NCBI GenBank assembly: GCA_037441845.1
Contig: JBBIRK010000001.1
Span: 305,284 to 369,283 of the forward strand
Length of the DNA: 64,000 bases
Source of the DNA: Candidatus Zixiibacteriota bacterium
Lineage (GTDB): Bacteria; Zixibacteria; MSB-5A5; UBA10806; 4484-95
Direction: 5' to 3'
Both the position numbers and the translations under genes were made by a program. Every line of letters starts with the position of its first letter. The first letter of the stretch is position 1. Under the pieces are notes generated by a model. It saw only the letters and a list, made by a program, of their open reading frames with translations, made no database searches and had not been told where the DNA came from. This document shows, one piece after another, positions 21,243 through 31,074 of the stretch.

Positions 21243-22256
21243 GTGATCGACATTATACTGTCGAAAGCGAAAATGCTGATTTTTATAGTCGGGCCGGCCG
21301 CCCTGCAATTGTCCTGCGGCATAGCCACAGACCCGCTGCCTAATTCAATCTTGTCCTATGTGTCCGATTACGACACCCCAGGGGACGCCTATCGGGTCAT
21401 AATCATCGGGGATTATGCCTATATCGCAGATGGATCCGCCGGTCTGCTGATTCTTGATATATTCAACCGCTACAGTCCCGAATTCGCAGCTCATTTGGCG
21501 ACACCGGGACCTGCGGTAGATATCGCGATATCAAACGATTACTATGCTTATATAACTTACACGATGGGGGACGGACGTCACTTGGGGGTCATCGATGTCG
21601 GTTCACCGGATAATCCGGTTTGGGTCGGCGATTTCGATTCGCTGGCGGCATTTAACCTTAAAATCGAAGTCCGCCAACGATACGCTTATGTAGTCGCGGG
21701 AAATTTATTTATAATTTTCGATATAACCGATCCCGCCCGACCGATTCGGAGAGGCTCGGCAACCGGGGCGCTCGCCGGATGCGATTTGGGAATTTCAGGA
21801 AATTATGCAGGTTTGGTGAATTACAATGCCGTTTCCGGATTCTCGGAATTGATCGCCGTTAATATCGCCGACCCCACAAATCCGATTTTGCAGCCTGCGG
21901 CGAATTTACTGGCGGATAGCACAATCGATATATTTATCGATGACCGCTATCTTTTTCTTGCTTTCCCGGACAGTGGTATGAAAATCGCCGATATTTCGAA
22001 TATCTCCTCGCCCTCGATTCTGGGCGGTTACCGCTCTTATGGGCGCGCCGAGGCGGTTTTTTATTACGGCGGCTTGGCGTCATACGGCGATGGCAACAAT
22101 GGAGTGGCGTTGCTTTCGATAATAGAACCCGCTCAACCGGAATTCCTGGGATTCTATGATACCCCCGGCTATGTTCGGGGGCTATTCAGCGATGGCTATT
22201 ACCTGTACGTTGCCGATGGCAATCGAGGGTTGCTCATATTGAAAATCGAAAGATAG
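21243..22256 (+). CDS. LVIVD-repeat beta-propeller lipoprotein (start uncertain; frame is open from 20973)
   Basis: YDTPG.A..V....YAYIADG..GLLILDI repeats; a GTG start at 21243 gives a ~24-aa signal ending LQLS-C. Confidence 0.8.
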   Translation: MIDIILSKAKMLIFIVGPAALQLSCGIATDPLPNSILSYVSDYDTPGDAYRVIIIGDYAYIADGSAGLLILDIFNRYSPEFAAHLATPGPAVDIAISNDYYAYITYTMGDGRHLGVIDVGSPDNPVWVGDFDSLAAFNLKIEVRQRYAYVVAGNLFIIFDITDPARPIRRGSATGALAGCDLGISGNYAGLVNYNAVSGFSELIAVNIADPTNPILQPAANLLADSTIDIFIDDRYLFLAFPDSGMKIADISNISSPSILGGYRSYGRAEAVFYYGGLASYGDGNNGVALLSIIEPAQPEFLGFYDTPGYVRGLFSDGYYLYVADGNRGLLILKIER

Positions 22257-22355
22257 CGAAGTCCGCTGGATAAAGGATTTTCGGTGACCTGTCGCAACAA
22301 TCCGTTGTCAAATCAATTTAGATTGTTTTATATATCCGATGTTATTGGAGCAAAC

Positions 22356-23348
22356 GTGAGAATAGGGTCGATTTTATTATTAGTCTTATTGATCGGCCGG
22401 TCGGCGATGGCGTTACAAAGCCTGCAACTGGTTTATGATCAAGCTGGTCCGGAAGGGCGTTATGATAAGCATATCGTATTGAACCCGGCCGAGCAATATA
22501 TCGGCGATTTGACAATCGCGCCCGGGCATAATGTGTATATAGAAGGAGCCGGGTCGTTAATTTTCGGCCAGAATGGTGTCAATGCAATCACCGTTTCGGG
22601 ATCCAACCTCGATATCCATCATTGCGTGATCGCCGGTGGCCTGAACGGAATCGAGATAGAGGTGGGCGGCTCGGCCACTATCAACAACAACACCATATAC
22701 GGCGTTACGGCGTGTGGGATAAAAACCGGAGAGCTCGATACGATCGCCTGGACAACGATTTGGGACAATATCGTGACCGAATGCCGCTATGGCATTTATA
22801 TACTCGATGAACACATTCCGCATTATATAGCATTCAACACCGTTCATGATATCGATTCGATTAGGTATGCCGCATTCTGCCCCAGCTGAGGGGGCGGGAC
22901 GGTATCGCCGTTCGACCCCCTCCCAGGTCTGGGAGATCAAGATCTCGATCCTCTTTTCGTCGATTCCGCCGCCTGCGACTTTCATCTCCAGGCCGATTCC
23001 CCATGCCGAAACAGCGGACGTTATGCGAGGGACCGCGGCGCGCTGCCCTATACCTCCACTTCGATAAATCAGTCGGGCTTGAATCCGACGGCGGGAATGA
23101 TTAGGAATTATCCGAACCCATTCAACGGCTCGACCAAAATCCAGTTTGAGATTCCGATGGAAGCTGCGTTAAGCCTTCAAATTTACGATCTGCTGGGACG
23201 CGAAGTATTCTCGGCAGGAAAGATGTGCTTCGGCGCCGGAACACATGCGATTGCAGTCGATTTCAACGGCCTGCCGAGCGGAATCTACATCTGCCGGCTC
23301 GAATCGAACGATTTCGAGCTCTGCACTCGTATGCTTCACCTGCGCTGA
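22356..23348 (+). CDS. Secreted right-handed beta-helix protein with T9SS-type C-terminal domain and an in-frame TGA (22887-22889); candidate CxxU selenoprotein, 330 aa
   Basis: GGAG SD + GTG + signal peptide; the frame continues past AAFCPS* into GGGTVSPF...DPLFVD...DFHLQADSPC..SG...DRGALPY and then NYPNPFN...LQIYDLLGREV...LPSGIYICRL (ORF 23079..23348, same frame). Confidence 0.8.
22890..22920 (+). promoter_or_regulatory. Candidate SECIS-like hairpin immediately 3' of the UGA
   Basis: GGGGG-CG-GGACGG-UAUCG-CCGUUC-GA-CCCCC long stem-loop. Confidence 0.5.
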
Positions 23349-23536
23349 ATTGTCATGTGCTCTTAACTGATGCGGCTCACCCGTCATGGCGGCGGTTTTC
23401 CGGCTCTTTCGATACCAAAATCGGGCTCTTGTAACTGTTTCAACTTGAAATAAATCTTCTCGATCTAAATTCCAAGGTTGTAATAGGCGCATCCGCGCTA
23501 CCGATACTTTCGTTGTAAACCTTTAAGGAGGGACAA

Positions 23537-23626
23537 ATGCCCTGGAAGACACCGAAGACCAAGAAGAGAACAAGCAGCAGGAGCAAGAAATCCAGCCGCG
23601 CCAAGAGAAGTTATCGCCGGCGTTAA
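23537..23626 (+). CDS. Unannotated 29-aa highly basic small protein MPWKTPKTKKRTSSRSKKSSRAKRSYRRR
   Basis: TAAGGAGG SD just upstream of the ATG, TAA stop, and a terminator 17 nt downstream; below the ORF track's length cutoff. Confidence 0.7.
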   Translation: MPWKTPKTKKRTSSRSKKSSRAKRSYRRR

Positions 23627-24033
23627 TCTTGTTCTTGTTCGGTAAAAAAGGGCTCGATAGGATGTCGAGCCTTTTTTATTTTGTTTTTACGAACAAACAC
23701 CGAAAGCCGAAATCTATTCGTCGATACTATTCGATAAATGATTTCCGCGAGCATTGAAATCGGACGAACCAGCAGCAGCCGGCCCAATAACCGATAACCC
23801 GAACCGAGCCTTGTCGCGACCGCGGCGACCGCCTTATGGCCGTAATGAACCGACATGTCTTCGTCGATTAAAATCAGCGATTCGGTTCCGGCCGACCTAA
23901 TTCCGTCGCGTCGCAACCATATTAACTCACTCAGCGGCCGAAACGTGAATCGATCGGGGCCGACGCGTTTTTCGACTTTGCGCCTGAATGCTTTGCAAAG
24001 TTCACATGCAGAGTCATAGTAAATCGTCATCAT
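23623..24033 (-). CDS. DUF393 / DCC1-like thiol-disulfide oxidoreductase
   Basis: IYYDSACELC (DxxCxxC); C-terminal YRIVSTNRF motif. Confidence 0.85.
   Translation of the reverse strand: MMTIYYDSACELCKAFRRKVEKRVGPDRFTFRPLSELIWLRRDGIRSAGTESLILIDEDMSVHYGHKAVAAVATRLGSGYRLLGRLLLVRPISMLAEIIYRIVSTNRFRLSVFVRKNKIKKARHPIEPFFTEQEQD
23644..23677 (+). terminator. Intrinsic terminator after the small basic ORF (A- and T-tracts on both sides)
   Basis: AAAAAAGGGCTCGA-TAGGATG-TCGAGCCTTTTTT. Confidence 0.75.
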
Positions 24034-24126
24034 CTTGCCGCAACCATTCCGGCTGTCATGTCGTTATCGGATTTCTTTAAGTCGATGAATTTGCCGGTTT
24101 CGCCGATCTTATTCGGAAAAGACGAC

Positions 24127-24158
24127 AAAAAAAGTTCCCCCGCCAAGGTCGGGGGAAC
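24127..24158 (-). terminator. Intrinsic terminator of sod
   Basis: Minus strand GTTCCCCCG-N7-CGGGGGAAC-TTTTTTT. Confidence 0.85.
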
Positions 24159-24215
24159 CAAACGCGATGTTCAGGCAACGATGCAAGCGCATTCGCGTGA
24201 TCAACATTCCGGCGG

Positions 24216-24842
24216 TTATTTGACGTATCTTTTGTATCTTTCGTTGATTCTGCCCCAGTGCAAATTCGCCATAAAATTGTCGATATATTTCGCCCGCCCC
24301 GGACCATCTTTGTGGTAATAAGCATGTTCGAAAACATCGAGCGAAATCAAAGGAATCCCGCCCCAAATCGCGCCGTAATGATGCTCATCGACGAGCACGT
24401 TCAGAAGCCTTCGGCTATAAAGGGAATCGAAAACCAGCACGCTCCAACCCGACAATTTCGCGGCGATCGCCGCGGCCTTGAAATCGGCCTTCCATGAATC
24501 GAAGCTGCCGAATTCCTTTTCGATCGCTTTGATCACCTCGGGGCCTTTGGATATATCGCCGTCGCCGCCGAGCACTTCCCAGTAAACGTCATGCAGCAAG
24601 GCCCCGGCATGATTCCAGGTGAATCTTCGCTTGAGCTCACCGAAATCAGACCAGTTGCCGTTGGCGGTGCTCCGATCGGCTTTCTCCAGTCCTTGCTCGA
24701 TCTTATTCAAAAAAGTGACATAACCCTTGTGGTGCGTGTTGTAATGCCAGTCTGTAGTCTCGGGGGACATTACCTCTTTCAGCAGCTTTTTGGCGTCCTC
24801 ATCGGAATAAGGACGCGGATTGAATTTCCACTCGTAAGCCAT
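24216..24842 (-). CDS. sod: Fe/Mn superoxide dismutase
   Basis: HYNTHHKGYV, LHDVYW, FGSFDSWK, SGW, DVFEHAYY; ATG at 24842 follows AGGAG. Confidence 0.92.
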   Translation of the reverse strand: MAYEWKFNPRPYSDEDAKKLLKEVMSPETTDWHYNTHHKGYVTFLNKIEQGLEKADRSTANGNWSDFGELKRRFTWNHAGALLHDVYWEVLGGDGDISKGPEVIKAIEKEFGSFDSWKADFKAAAIAAKLSGWSVLVFDSLYSRRLLNVLVDEHHYGAIWGGIPLISLDVFEHAYYHKDGPGRAKYIDNFMANLHWGRINERYKRYVK

Positions 24843-25085
24843 TTTAACTCCTCTATTCTGACAATCGAAATATTTCGTTTCGGCTTCACGCCGCATCTGC
24901 AAATATCAATTGCAATAAACACCCGATCGATGATGATGGTTCCCGCAGCCGCCGGCAATCATGATATTATGGCTTTTCCCGATTGAAACGGCGATTAAGA
25001 CCGACGATTTTATTGAAGCCGCAATCTGCCGACAAATATTCTATCGAACAACAGTTCGGCGAATAAGCATCCGGCGGAGGACGAA

Positions 25086-26672
25086 ATGTCGACTGAGAAA
25101 ACGGCGAATATTACCACTGTCATGATATTCGGAGGAACCTTCCTCCTATCGGTGTTGTCTTTTATCACCACCCTATACGGCATGTTGATAATCGTGCCGC
25201 CGCCTCTGGCAGTTATAGGTTCGCTCGGACTTCAGACGGCCATGTTGGGGATCGCTTGGAACCTGATCAGGATTCAGGAATCACGCTGGAAATACTCCTT
25301 AGTATTCTCTATCGCGGCCATTTTCTCGATATTTTTTTCCTATGCCAATTTCGATATAAACATAAAGGCTCATATCCGTCCTCGAGCCGCCCGGCATGCC
25401 TATTACGATTCCGCAAGAGCGACCTTGATCGAATACACGGCTATCGATAAAAAAGCCGTGGCCATTGGACGGTATCAGGTCGATCGGCTTATCGACTTGA
25501 TTAAGATGGAAGAAGAAAAGGGCTGGGCCACTATCAGCGACGAGGGCAGCCGCGACAAATTTTTACAATCGATAATCGACGGCGCCAGATTGGCGGTCGA
25601 ATCCTGGCGCGCCAGCCAAGGTAACGAATACCAGCAGGGTAAGGGGCGGGGCTTGATAGTGAATTATCTCGAAAGCCGCCTGGCACAGGCCCGGCAAAAC
25701 TACGTGACGGTAAGTTCATATCAAAATATCTTAGAGGATATAATCGCCAAGTTGAACGCCGAGTTGCCCGTCGAAGAACAATATGCGTTGGTGAACAAAG
25801 CTTTCGTGTCTTTCCCTTTGGGTGAGATCGAACAAATACTAATGCAGTCCGATTTGCCGCTTCCGCCGCCGCAATCGCCTACTGAATATGCCGAATCCCC
25901 GGTCAACGGGCAGCAGGCGTTGAGTATGGTAATCGACGATCTACGCAAGCCCGATTCGTTGACTCTTTTCGCCCTGATTCTCGCTGCGGCAATCGATTTT
26001 ATCGTGCTTCTTATGGCATTGGCGGGCGGCCATGCGGCCTACAGCGGCGATCGCCTGCTGGACAAGCTCGATCAAGACATTCAGCGGAGAATCGAGAAGG
26101 CGTCGTTTGACGATCCGCAAATTCTGGCCGAGACGCTTAAGGAAAACATGAACCGCTATCAAACCGCGGCCAATTTCAGTCTTGATCTGATCAGACTCAT
26201 GTCGGAATACAAGGCGGCGCGGGAAAATTACCGCCTGGTGCTAAAGAAACGCAGAGAAGCCGTCAAGTCGGGGATAAAAAGCGGGTTCGGACAAGCAAAA
26301 ACAGGCCAAATGGCAAATGAAATAACCGCCCCGCCGGAGTTGGGATCGCTGACCGAGACCGCCATCAAAAGAGATACCGATCGCAACGAACCGGCCCGGT
26401 GCTCCGGACAAGAATCGGTTTGCGATTCCCAACGAAGGCATCAATTCATGGGAAGATCATTAAATTATCTTTCATACTGGTTGAAAAAAAATATCGGAAA
26501 AAATTCAAAACGTTCGATTGGACCAATCCCACCCGACAGCCGATCAAATCTCCCGCTTAGGAAAAATCGGGCGGAAAGCGGACGCACAGGCAGGATCAGA
26601 TTTTCGGCCTCAAGCCGAAGTTTCGATGAAAAGCGAGCGCAATCGAATAGAACCGCGGCCAACAGCAAATGA
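25086..26672 (+). CDS. Hypothetical membrane protein (3 N-terminal TM helices, helical domain, further TM helix, basic tail)
   Basis: GGAGGA SD; 528-aa ORF with a clear hydrophobicity pattern; no family recognised. Confidence 0.7.
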   Translation: MSTEKTANITTVMIFGGTFLLSVLSFITTLYGMLIIVPPPLAVIGSLGLQTAMLGIAWNLIRIQESRWKYSLVFSIAAIFSIFFSYANFDINIKAHIRPRAARHAYYDSARATLIEYTAIDKKAVAIGRYQVDRLIDLIKMEEEKGWATISDEGSRDKFLQSIIDGARLAVESWRASQGNEYQQGKGRGLIVNYLESRLAQARQNYVTVSSYQNILEDIIAKLNAELPVEEQYALVNKAFVSFPLGEIEQILMQSDLPLPPPQSPTEYAESPVNGQQALSMVIDDLRKPDSLTLFALILAAAIDFIVLLMALAGGHAAYSGDRLLDKLDQDIQRRIEKASFDDPQILAETLKENMNRYQTAANFSLDLIRLMSEYKAARENYRLVLKKRREAVKSGIKSGFGQAKTGQMANEITAPPELGSLTETAIKRDTDRNEPARCSGQESVCDSQRRHQFMGRSLNYLSYWLKKNIGKNSKRSIGPIPPDSRSNLPLRKNRAESGRTGRIRFSASSRSFDEKRAQSNRTAANSK

Positions 26673-26818
26673 GCCTTACGTAATCAGAGCTCGCATCATT
26701 CTAATTTGAACTGCCATCGCAAATCATAGTTGCATAAAGCGACAAATCGACTCGAAGTAGAACCCGATCGTTATTTCGGGTCGATTATAACGACTATACA
26801 GGGCAGACGGAAGCATAA

Positions 26819-28057
26819 TCAAATCAGAAGCAGCGGTAGATGTAATAGCGCCCACAAACTGAATCGCCAGGCTGTCGACAGACGGACGCTCGGAGCAAGA
26901 AATCCGAAATATATTCCCTTGACCACGGTATTGCTCATCATGGAAACGATGATCGCGGATATGACGAGATTCTGGATAATCGCCGTTTGATTTACCATCG
27001 ACAAAATAAAAGGATCAATGTCGGTTACGCCCACCACCGCCGCCAGTGTCAGAAGTCCGGCATCACCGTACATTCTTTCGATCACTATCGTTATGACCGA
27101 AAGTATCACGAACAGCGATGCGAAAACCAAGGCCGGCCTTATTTCGAACGGATTCTGCAGGGTGCGAACCGGTGTATTTTCCCTCGAGCGCGGCTGCTTA
27201 TCGCGGGTGATCGAAAGCAGCAAGCCTATTGCCGAGAGCACCAGCATTCTCCACCAGATATGATGCATCATCTCCGGGCGGACGAACCAGATAAGTGCGA
27301 GAATCCGCAAATACATTACGCTGCTGGCGAGAATCGTCGCTTGAAGCGCGCAAACGCTGCGCTCAGGCGATCGCTGAGCTATACGGCCCGTGGCGATACT
27401 CACCGCCGTGCTGGATACGATGCCGCCTAAAAGACCCGACAGCCACATCCCCGCACGTTCGCCGAATTTCTTGGTCAGAAAATAACCGGCGAAACCCACT
27501 GTCGATACCAACACGACTATCTGCCATATATGGCGCGGATTCAGCTTGAATTCGGTGTATTGTTCATTGGGCAGAACCGGCAAAATTATCAAGGTTATGA
27601 GCAAAAATTTTATCACCGCTAGGAATTCGGCGTTGTTGAGCCTTTCGACATATTTTTCGATTTTAGCTTTCTCGGATAACAGGAACGTTCCGACTATCCC
27701 GAGAGCCATCGGCACCCAGAGATCCGCCAGAAGACACATCGCCCCCATCACGAACGTGAGCAAGGCCGCCACCTCGCTCGTCCACCCGACGAAATCGCTT
27801 TTAAGTTTGGCCAGATAACCCACCAGCGCCAGCGCCGTCAAGGAAAGCATCCCGACCGGCAACGCCCAGGGTTGATTGATGCTCACGAGCCACCCGCAAC
27901 TAAATCCATAGACCCCGATCAGCGAATAGGTTCTTACGCCGGCGAACACCCGTCCTTTGGTGGTCAGCCCGGAACTCTCCCGTTCGAGACCGATCAAAAA
28001 CGATAGTCCCAGGGCGATGAAAAAACGGAATTCGAATGGCCAGTTCAAATCATGCAT
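26819..28057 (-). CDS. MgtC/SapB family membrane protein with DUF4010
   Basis: LIGLERE...AGVRTYSL; GWTSEVA; ILPVLPN; GGIVSSTAV; GVTDID; SNTVVKG. Confidence 0.9.
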   Translation of the reverse strand: MHDLNWPFEFRFFIALGLSFLIGLERESSGLTTKGRVFAGVRTYSLIGVYGFSCGWLVSINQPWALPVGMLSLTALALVGYLAKLKSDFVGWTSEVAALLTFVMGAMCLLADLWVPMALGIVGTFLLSEKAKIEKYVERLNNAEFLAVIKFLLITLIILPVLPNEQYTEFKLNPRHIWQIVVLVSTVGFAGYFLTKKFGERAGMWLSGLLGGIVSSTAVSIATGRIAQRSPERSVCALQATILASSVMYLRILALIWFVRPEMMHHIWWRMLVLSAIGLLLSITRDKQPRSRENTPVRTLQNPFEIRPALVFASLFVILSVITIVIERMYGDAGLLTLAAVVGVTDIDPFILSMVNQTAIIQNLVISAIIVSMMSNTVVKGIYFGFLAPSVRLSTAWRFSLWALLHLPLLLI

Positions 28058-28335
28058 CGCTTACACCGATTGCCGATACTATCGAACAGCCGCAAAGGCG
28101 ACATTCGCGATCAATCTATACTTTATAATCGAAATGTTCAACAAATAACTTATCCCAAAGCATGCGCCGGAAAAGGTGGAATTGCCATTTTGCCCCCTGG
28201 TAATGATGTTAATCGATTTTTAAGCCGATTGATTCGACCCCCGATCGCCGCTATACTAACGACGAGCCGAGCGATTCAAAAGACTACGATTTGCTGTTGG
28301 TCATGAGAACTTCAACCGTAGGAAATCGCAGCGTG

Positions 28336-29250
28336 TCATCGGCAATCCGATATCAAGCGTTCGACTTCCTCGAGCGAGGGGATCCCTTTTCTGCCTCCGA
28401 TATGGCTACATTTCAGGGCGGCGGCGGCAGCGGCGAATTTTAGGCGTTTTGCCAGATCGTAACCGCGGCTCAAAGCATAAACATAGGCTCCATGAAACAC
28501 GTCTCCGGCGCCGGTCGTATCGACGACCTTCACCGGGAACGCAGGCTGCAAAATGACGCCATCGGCCGAACAAGCCACGGCCCCATCTCCGCCCAAGGTT
28601 ATAACCACCGCTTTGTATTCCCCTGAATTGAACAATTTCCGAACCGCCTCCAGCGGCGGCAGCTCCGGAAATATCGCTCTTGCGAAACTTGCCGAACCCA
28701 CCAGATGGTCGGTCGAGGATAAAATTTCGCCGAGATGACGGCGATTGGACCCGGCGTCGAAAATCACCTGGGCGCCATGTTCTCTGGCGATCGCGGCGGC
28801 ATTTAGCGAGGCCTCCGCCTCCCGGCCGTCTATCAAAAGATATTCGCAAGTCTCAAGAAATTCCGATTTGATTTGATCGGGCGATAACTCGCCGATACCG
28901 CACCTATCGAGCACCACTGTCCTTTCGCCGGTTCCCTTTTCGACCCAGATGAACGCCCTGGGTGAACGTGCGTTTTTATCAATAACCATGCCCGATGTAT
29001 CGACCCCGAATTCCTGCATTCCGGCGATTATTTCCCGGCCGTCGTGGTCATCTCCGCATTTCCCGATAAAGGCCGCTCGACATCCGAGTTTGGCCAGAGC
29101 GCAGATAGCGGTGGGTACCGGCCCTCCTCCCTGAATATCTGAATCGACCGCGTCAATTTTCGCCCCGATAGCGGGGTACCGGTCGACCATAATCAGATAA
29201 TCGAGGGCGCAGAGACCGACGCCGACAACCAGCGGTTGCTTACTTTTCAA
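28336..29250 (-). CDS. PfkB/ribokinase-family carbohydrate kinase
   Basis: GGGPVPTA; VVDTTGAGDVFHGAY. Confidence 0.92.
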   Translation of the reverse strand: MKSKQPLVVGVGLCALDYLIMVDRYPAIGAKIDAVDSDIQGGGPVPTAICALAKLGCRAAFIGKCGDDHDGREIIAGMQEFGVDTSGMVIDKNARSPRAFIWVEKGTGERTVVLDRCGIGELSPDQIKSEFLETCEYLLIDGREAEASLNAAAIAREHGAQVIFDAGSNRRHLGEILSSTDHLVGSASFARAIFPELPPLEAVRKLFNSGEYKAVVITLGGDGAVACSADGVILQPAFPVKVVDTTGAGDVFHGAYVYALSRGYDLAKRLKFAAAAAALKCSHIGGRKGIPSLEEVERLISDCR

Positions 29251-29884
29251 AAATTACCTGGCCGTTGGTTGCGTCTTTCAATTTGGTGCGGAACTCTTTC
29301 ATGCGTGAAGAGCGGACTTCGACCGTAAAAGCGGCATCCTGGCCATAGTGCGATTCCAAAATCACGGCCTTGAAACCGGCGATTATGTTATGGACAAGCG
29401 AAACGAACTCCGGACCGGTCTTGAACGAAACCTGATCGGTGAGAAAACTTTTTTCGACCCCGCATTCACGCAACAAATCCTGGGTGACTCGGCTGTAGGC
29501 GCGAATCAATCCGCCGGAGCCCAGCTTGATGCCGCCGAAATAACGGGTCACCACCACGATCGTGTTAGAATAGTTGCGCCCCTCAAGGACCTTGTAAATC
29601 TGCAAACCCGCGGTGCTCGGTGGCTCACCGTCATCGGAATAGCGATAGCGCAATTTGCGGCCGTAACCGAGGCGCCAGGCGAAACAGTGATGTGAGGCAT
29701 CGGGGAATTCGGCGCGGATTTTGTCGAGAAATGCCTGCACCGCTTCTTCATCGGCGACCTTTCCGGCGGAGGCGATGAAGCGGCTCCCTTTTATCGTGTG
29801 CTCTACGCGTTTCTCCGCCTTGATCTGCAAAAAGGAATCGTTGGCGCCGGCGTTGGTTTGGTTGGCTATAGAATTTCTTAGCAT
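29240..29884 (-). CDS. yigZ: YigZ/IMPACT family protein
   Basis: IKGSRFIA, DASHHCFAW, SDDGEP..TAG, VVVTRYFGGIKLGSGGLIRAY. Confidence 0.93.
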   Translation of the reverse strand: MLRNSIANQTNAGANDSFLQIKAEKRVEHTIKGSRFIASAGKVADEEAVQAFLDKIRAEFPDASHHCFAWRLGYGRKLRYRYSDDGEPPSTAGLQIYKVLEGRNYSNTIVVVTRYFGGIKLGSGGLIRAYSRVTQDLLRECGVEKSFLTDQVSFKTGPEFVSLVHNIIAGFKAVILESHYGQDAAFTVEVRSSRMKEFRTKLKDATNGQVIFEK

Positions 29885-29948
29885 AAACGTCCTTTATTAA
29901 AAATCAACTGAATGGACGGAGCATAGATAAACGAAACTCCAGCCTCGC

Positions 29949-30851
29949 TCAGTTGGTCATTATCGCGAATATCCGCTCCAGTTGGCCGAGCTCCTCGATT
30001 CTGTAATAGGAATCGTCCAGCCAATCTTCATTGTCCACTTGTCCTTTGCCTGCATATCGATTATCGGGGTCCCAGATAAATACCGGCTTGCCCTGTTCGA
30101 TTGCGGCGGCCGCCGCGTGCAATTCCCCTCTTCGAGATTCGCCAACTTGCACTATGAGAACGGCATCACTGAGAGCGACGATCAACCGGTTTCGGGCTAC
30201 CAGCCGCGGGGGGACCGCCTCCGCATATATGTTATACTCGGAAAGCAAGGCGCCGGTTTCCCCGATAATTTTCGCCAGCCCGCTGTTTTCCTCCGGGTAA
30301 ATGTTCAGCAACCCGCAACCGAGCACCGCCGCGGTTTTCCCCTCGGCCTGAATACACCCCAGGTGGGCGGCGCTGTCTATTCCGGCCGCCAGACCGGAGA
30401 CGACGTTTCGGCCTGAACGCGCAGTCGCTTTGCCGAACTCGACTGCGGCCCTGATATTTTCGTGGTCGGCGGCGGTGGTCCCCACGATTGCCAGTCCTCC
30501 CCGGTTCAGCATCTCCTGATCCCCGCGCAGATACAAAGCCAGCGGCGGCTCCGAAATCCGACGTAAAGACTGCGGATATCGGCTGTCGAAAAACGAAAGG
30601 TATTCTATATCCAACAAGCGCAAGCGATCGATCTCCTCGGCGGTCCTTTCGAGCTGGTATTGAGTCTCGATAATTTGCTTTGCCTTTTCTTGGTCGATCC
30701 CCACCATGGCCGCCAGATCCGCAGGATTTTGGGCATACATATTTGCCGGATCGCCGTAGGTGATGAGCAGCCGTTGAAACAGTTTCGGCCGCACCTTGCA
30801 ACTTTCCGCAAGGGCGTAGCAGATGGATTTCAACTCGTTTTCTTCGCTCAT
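29949..30851 (-). CDS. dprA: DNA-protecting protein DprA/Smf (no C-terminal wHTH)
   Basis: YPQSLRRI.EPP..LYLRG, AIVGT, VVSGLAAGIDSAAH, AVLGCGL..IYP, RNRLIVALS. Confidence 0.9.
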   Translation of the reverse strand: MSEENELKSICYALAESCKVRPKLFQRLLITYGDPANMYAQNPADLAAMVGIDQEKAKQIIETQYQLERTAEEIDRLRLLDIEYLSFFDSRYPQSLRRISEPPLALYLRGDQEMLNRGGLAIVGTTAADHENIRAAVEFGKATARSGRNVVSGLAAGIDSAAHLGCIQAEGKTAAVLGCGLLNIYPEENSGLAKIIGETGALLSEYNIYAEAVPPRLVARNRLIVALSDAVLIVQVGESRRGELHAAAAAIEQGKPVFIWDPDNRYAGKGQVDNEDWLDDSYYRIEELGQLERIFAIMTN

Positions 30852-31074
30852 CGTCGAGAATTATCCTGATTTTTCGATTGCCGCCGGGCCGAAGCGTCGT
30901 ATCGATCGCGGCAATCATAAAAAAGCCGCGCCGGAAAATCAAGGGATAATTGAGTGGAATAAATAGTATAAGGATGCTTAATCTTCGCTTGGACAGATAT
31001 TTGATTCACTTGATACGATTATAAACGAAGATATCGCTGACGTCCAACGCTGATTCTCGCTTTCCCATTGCCCT

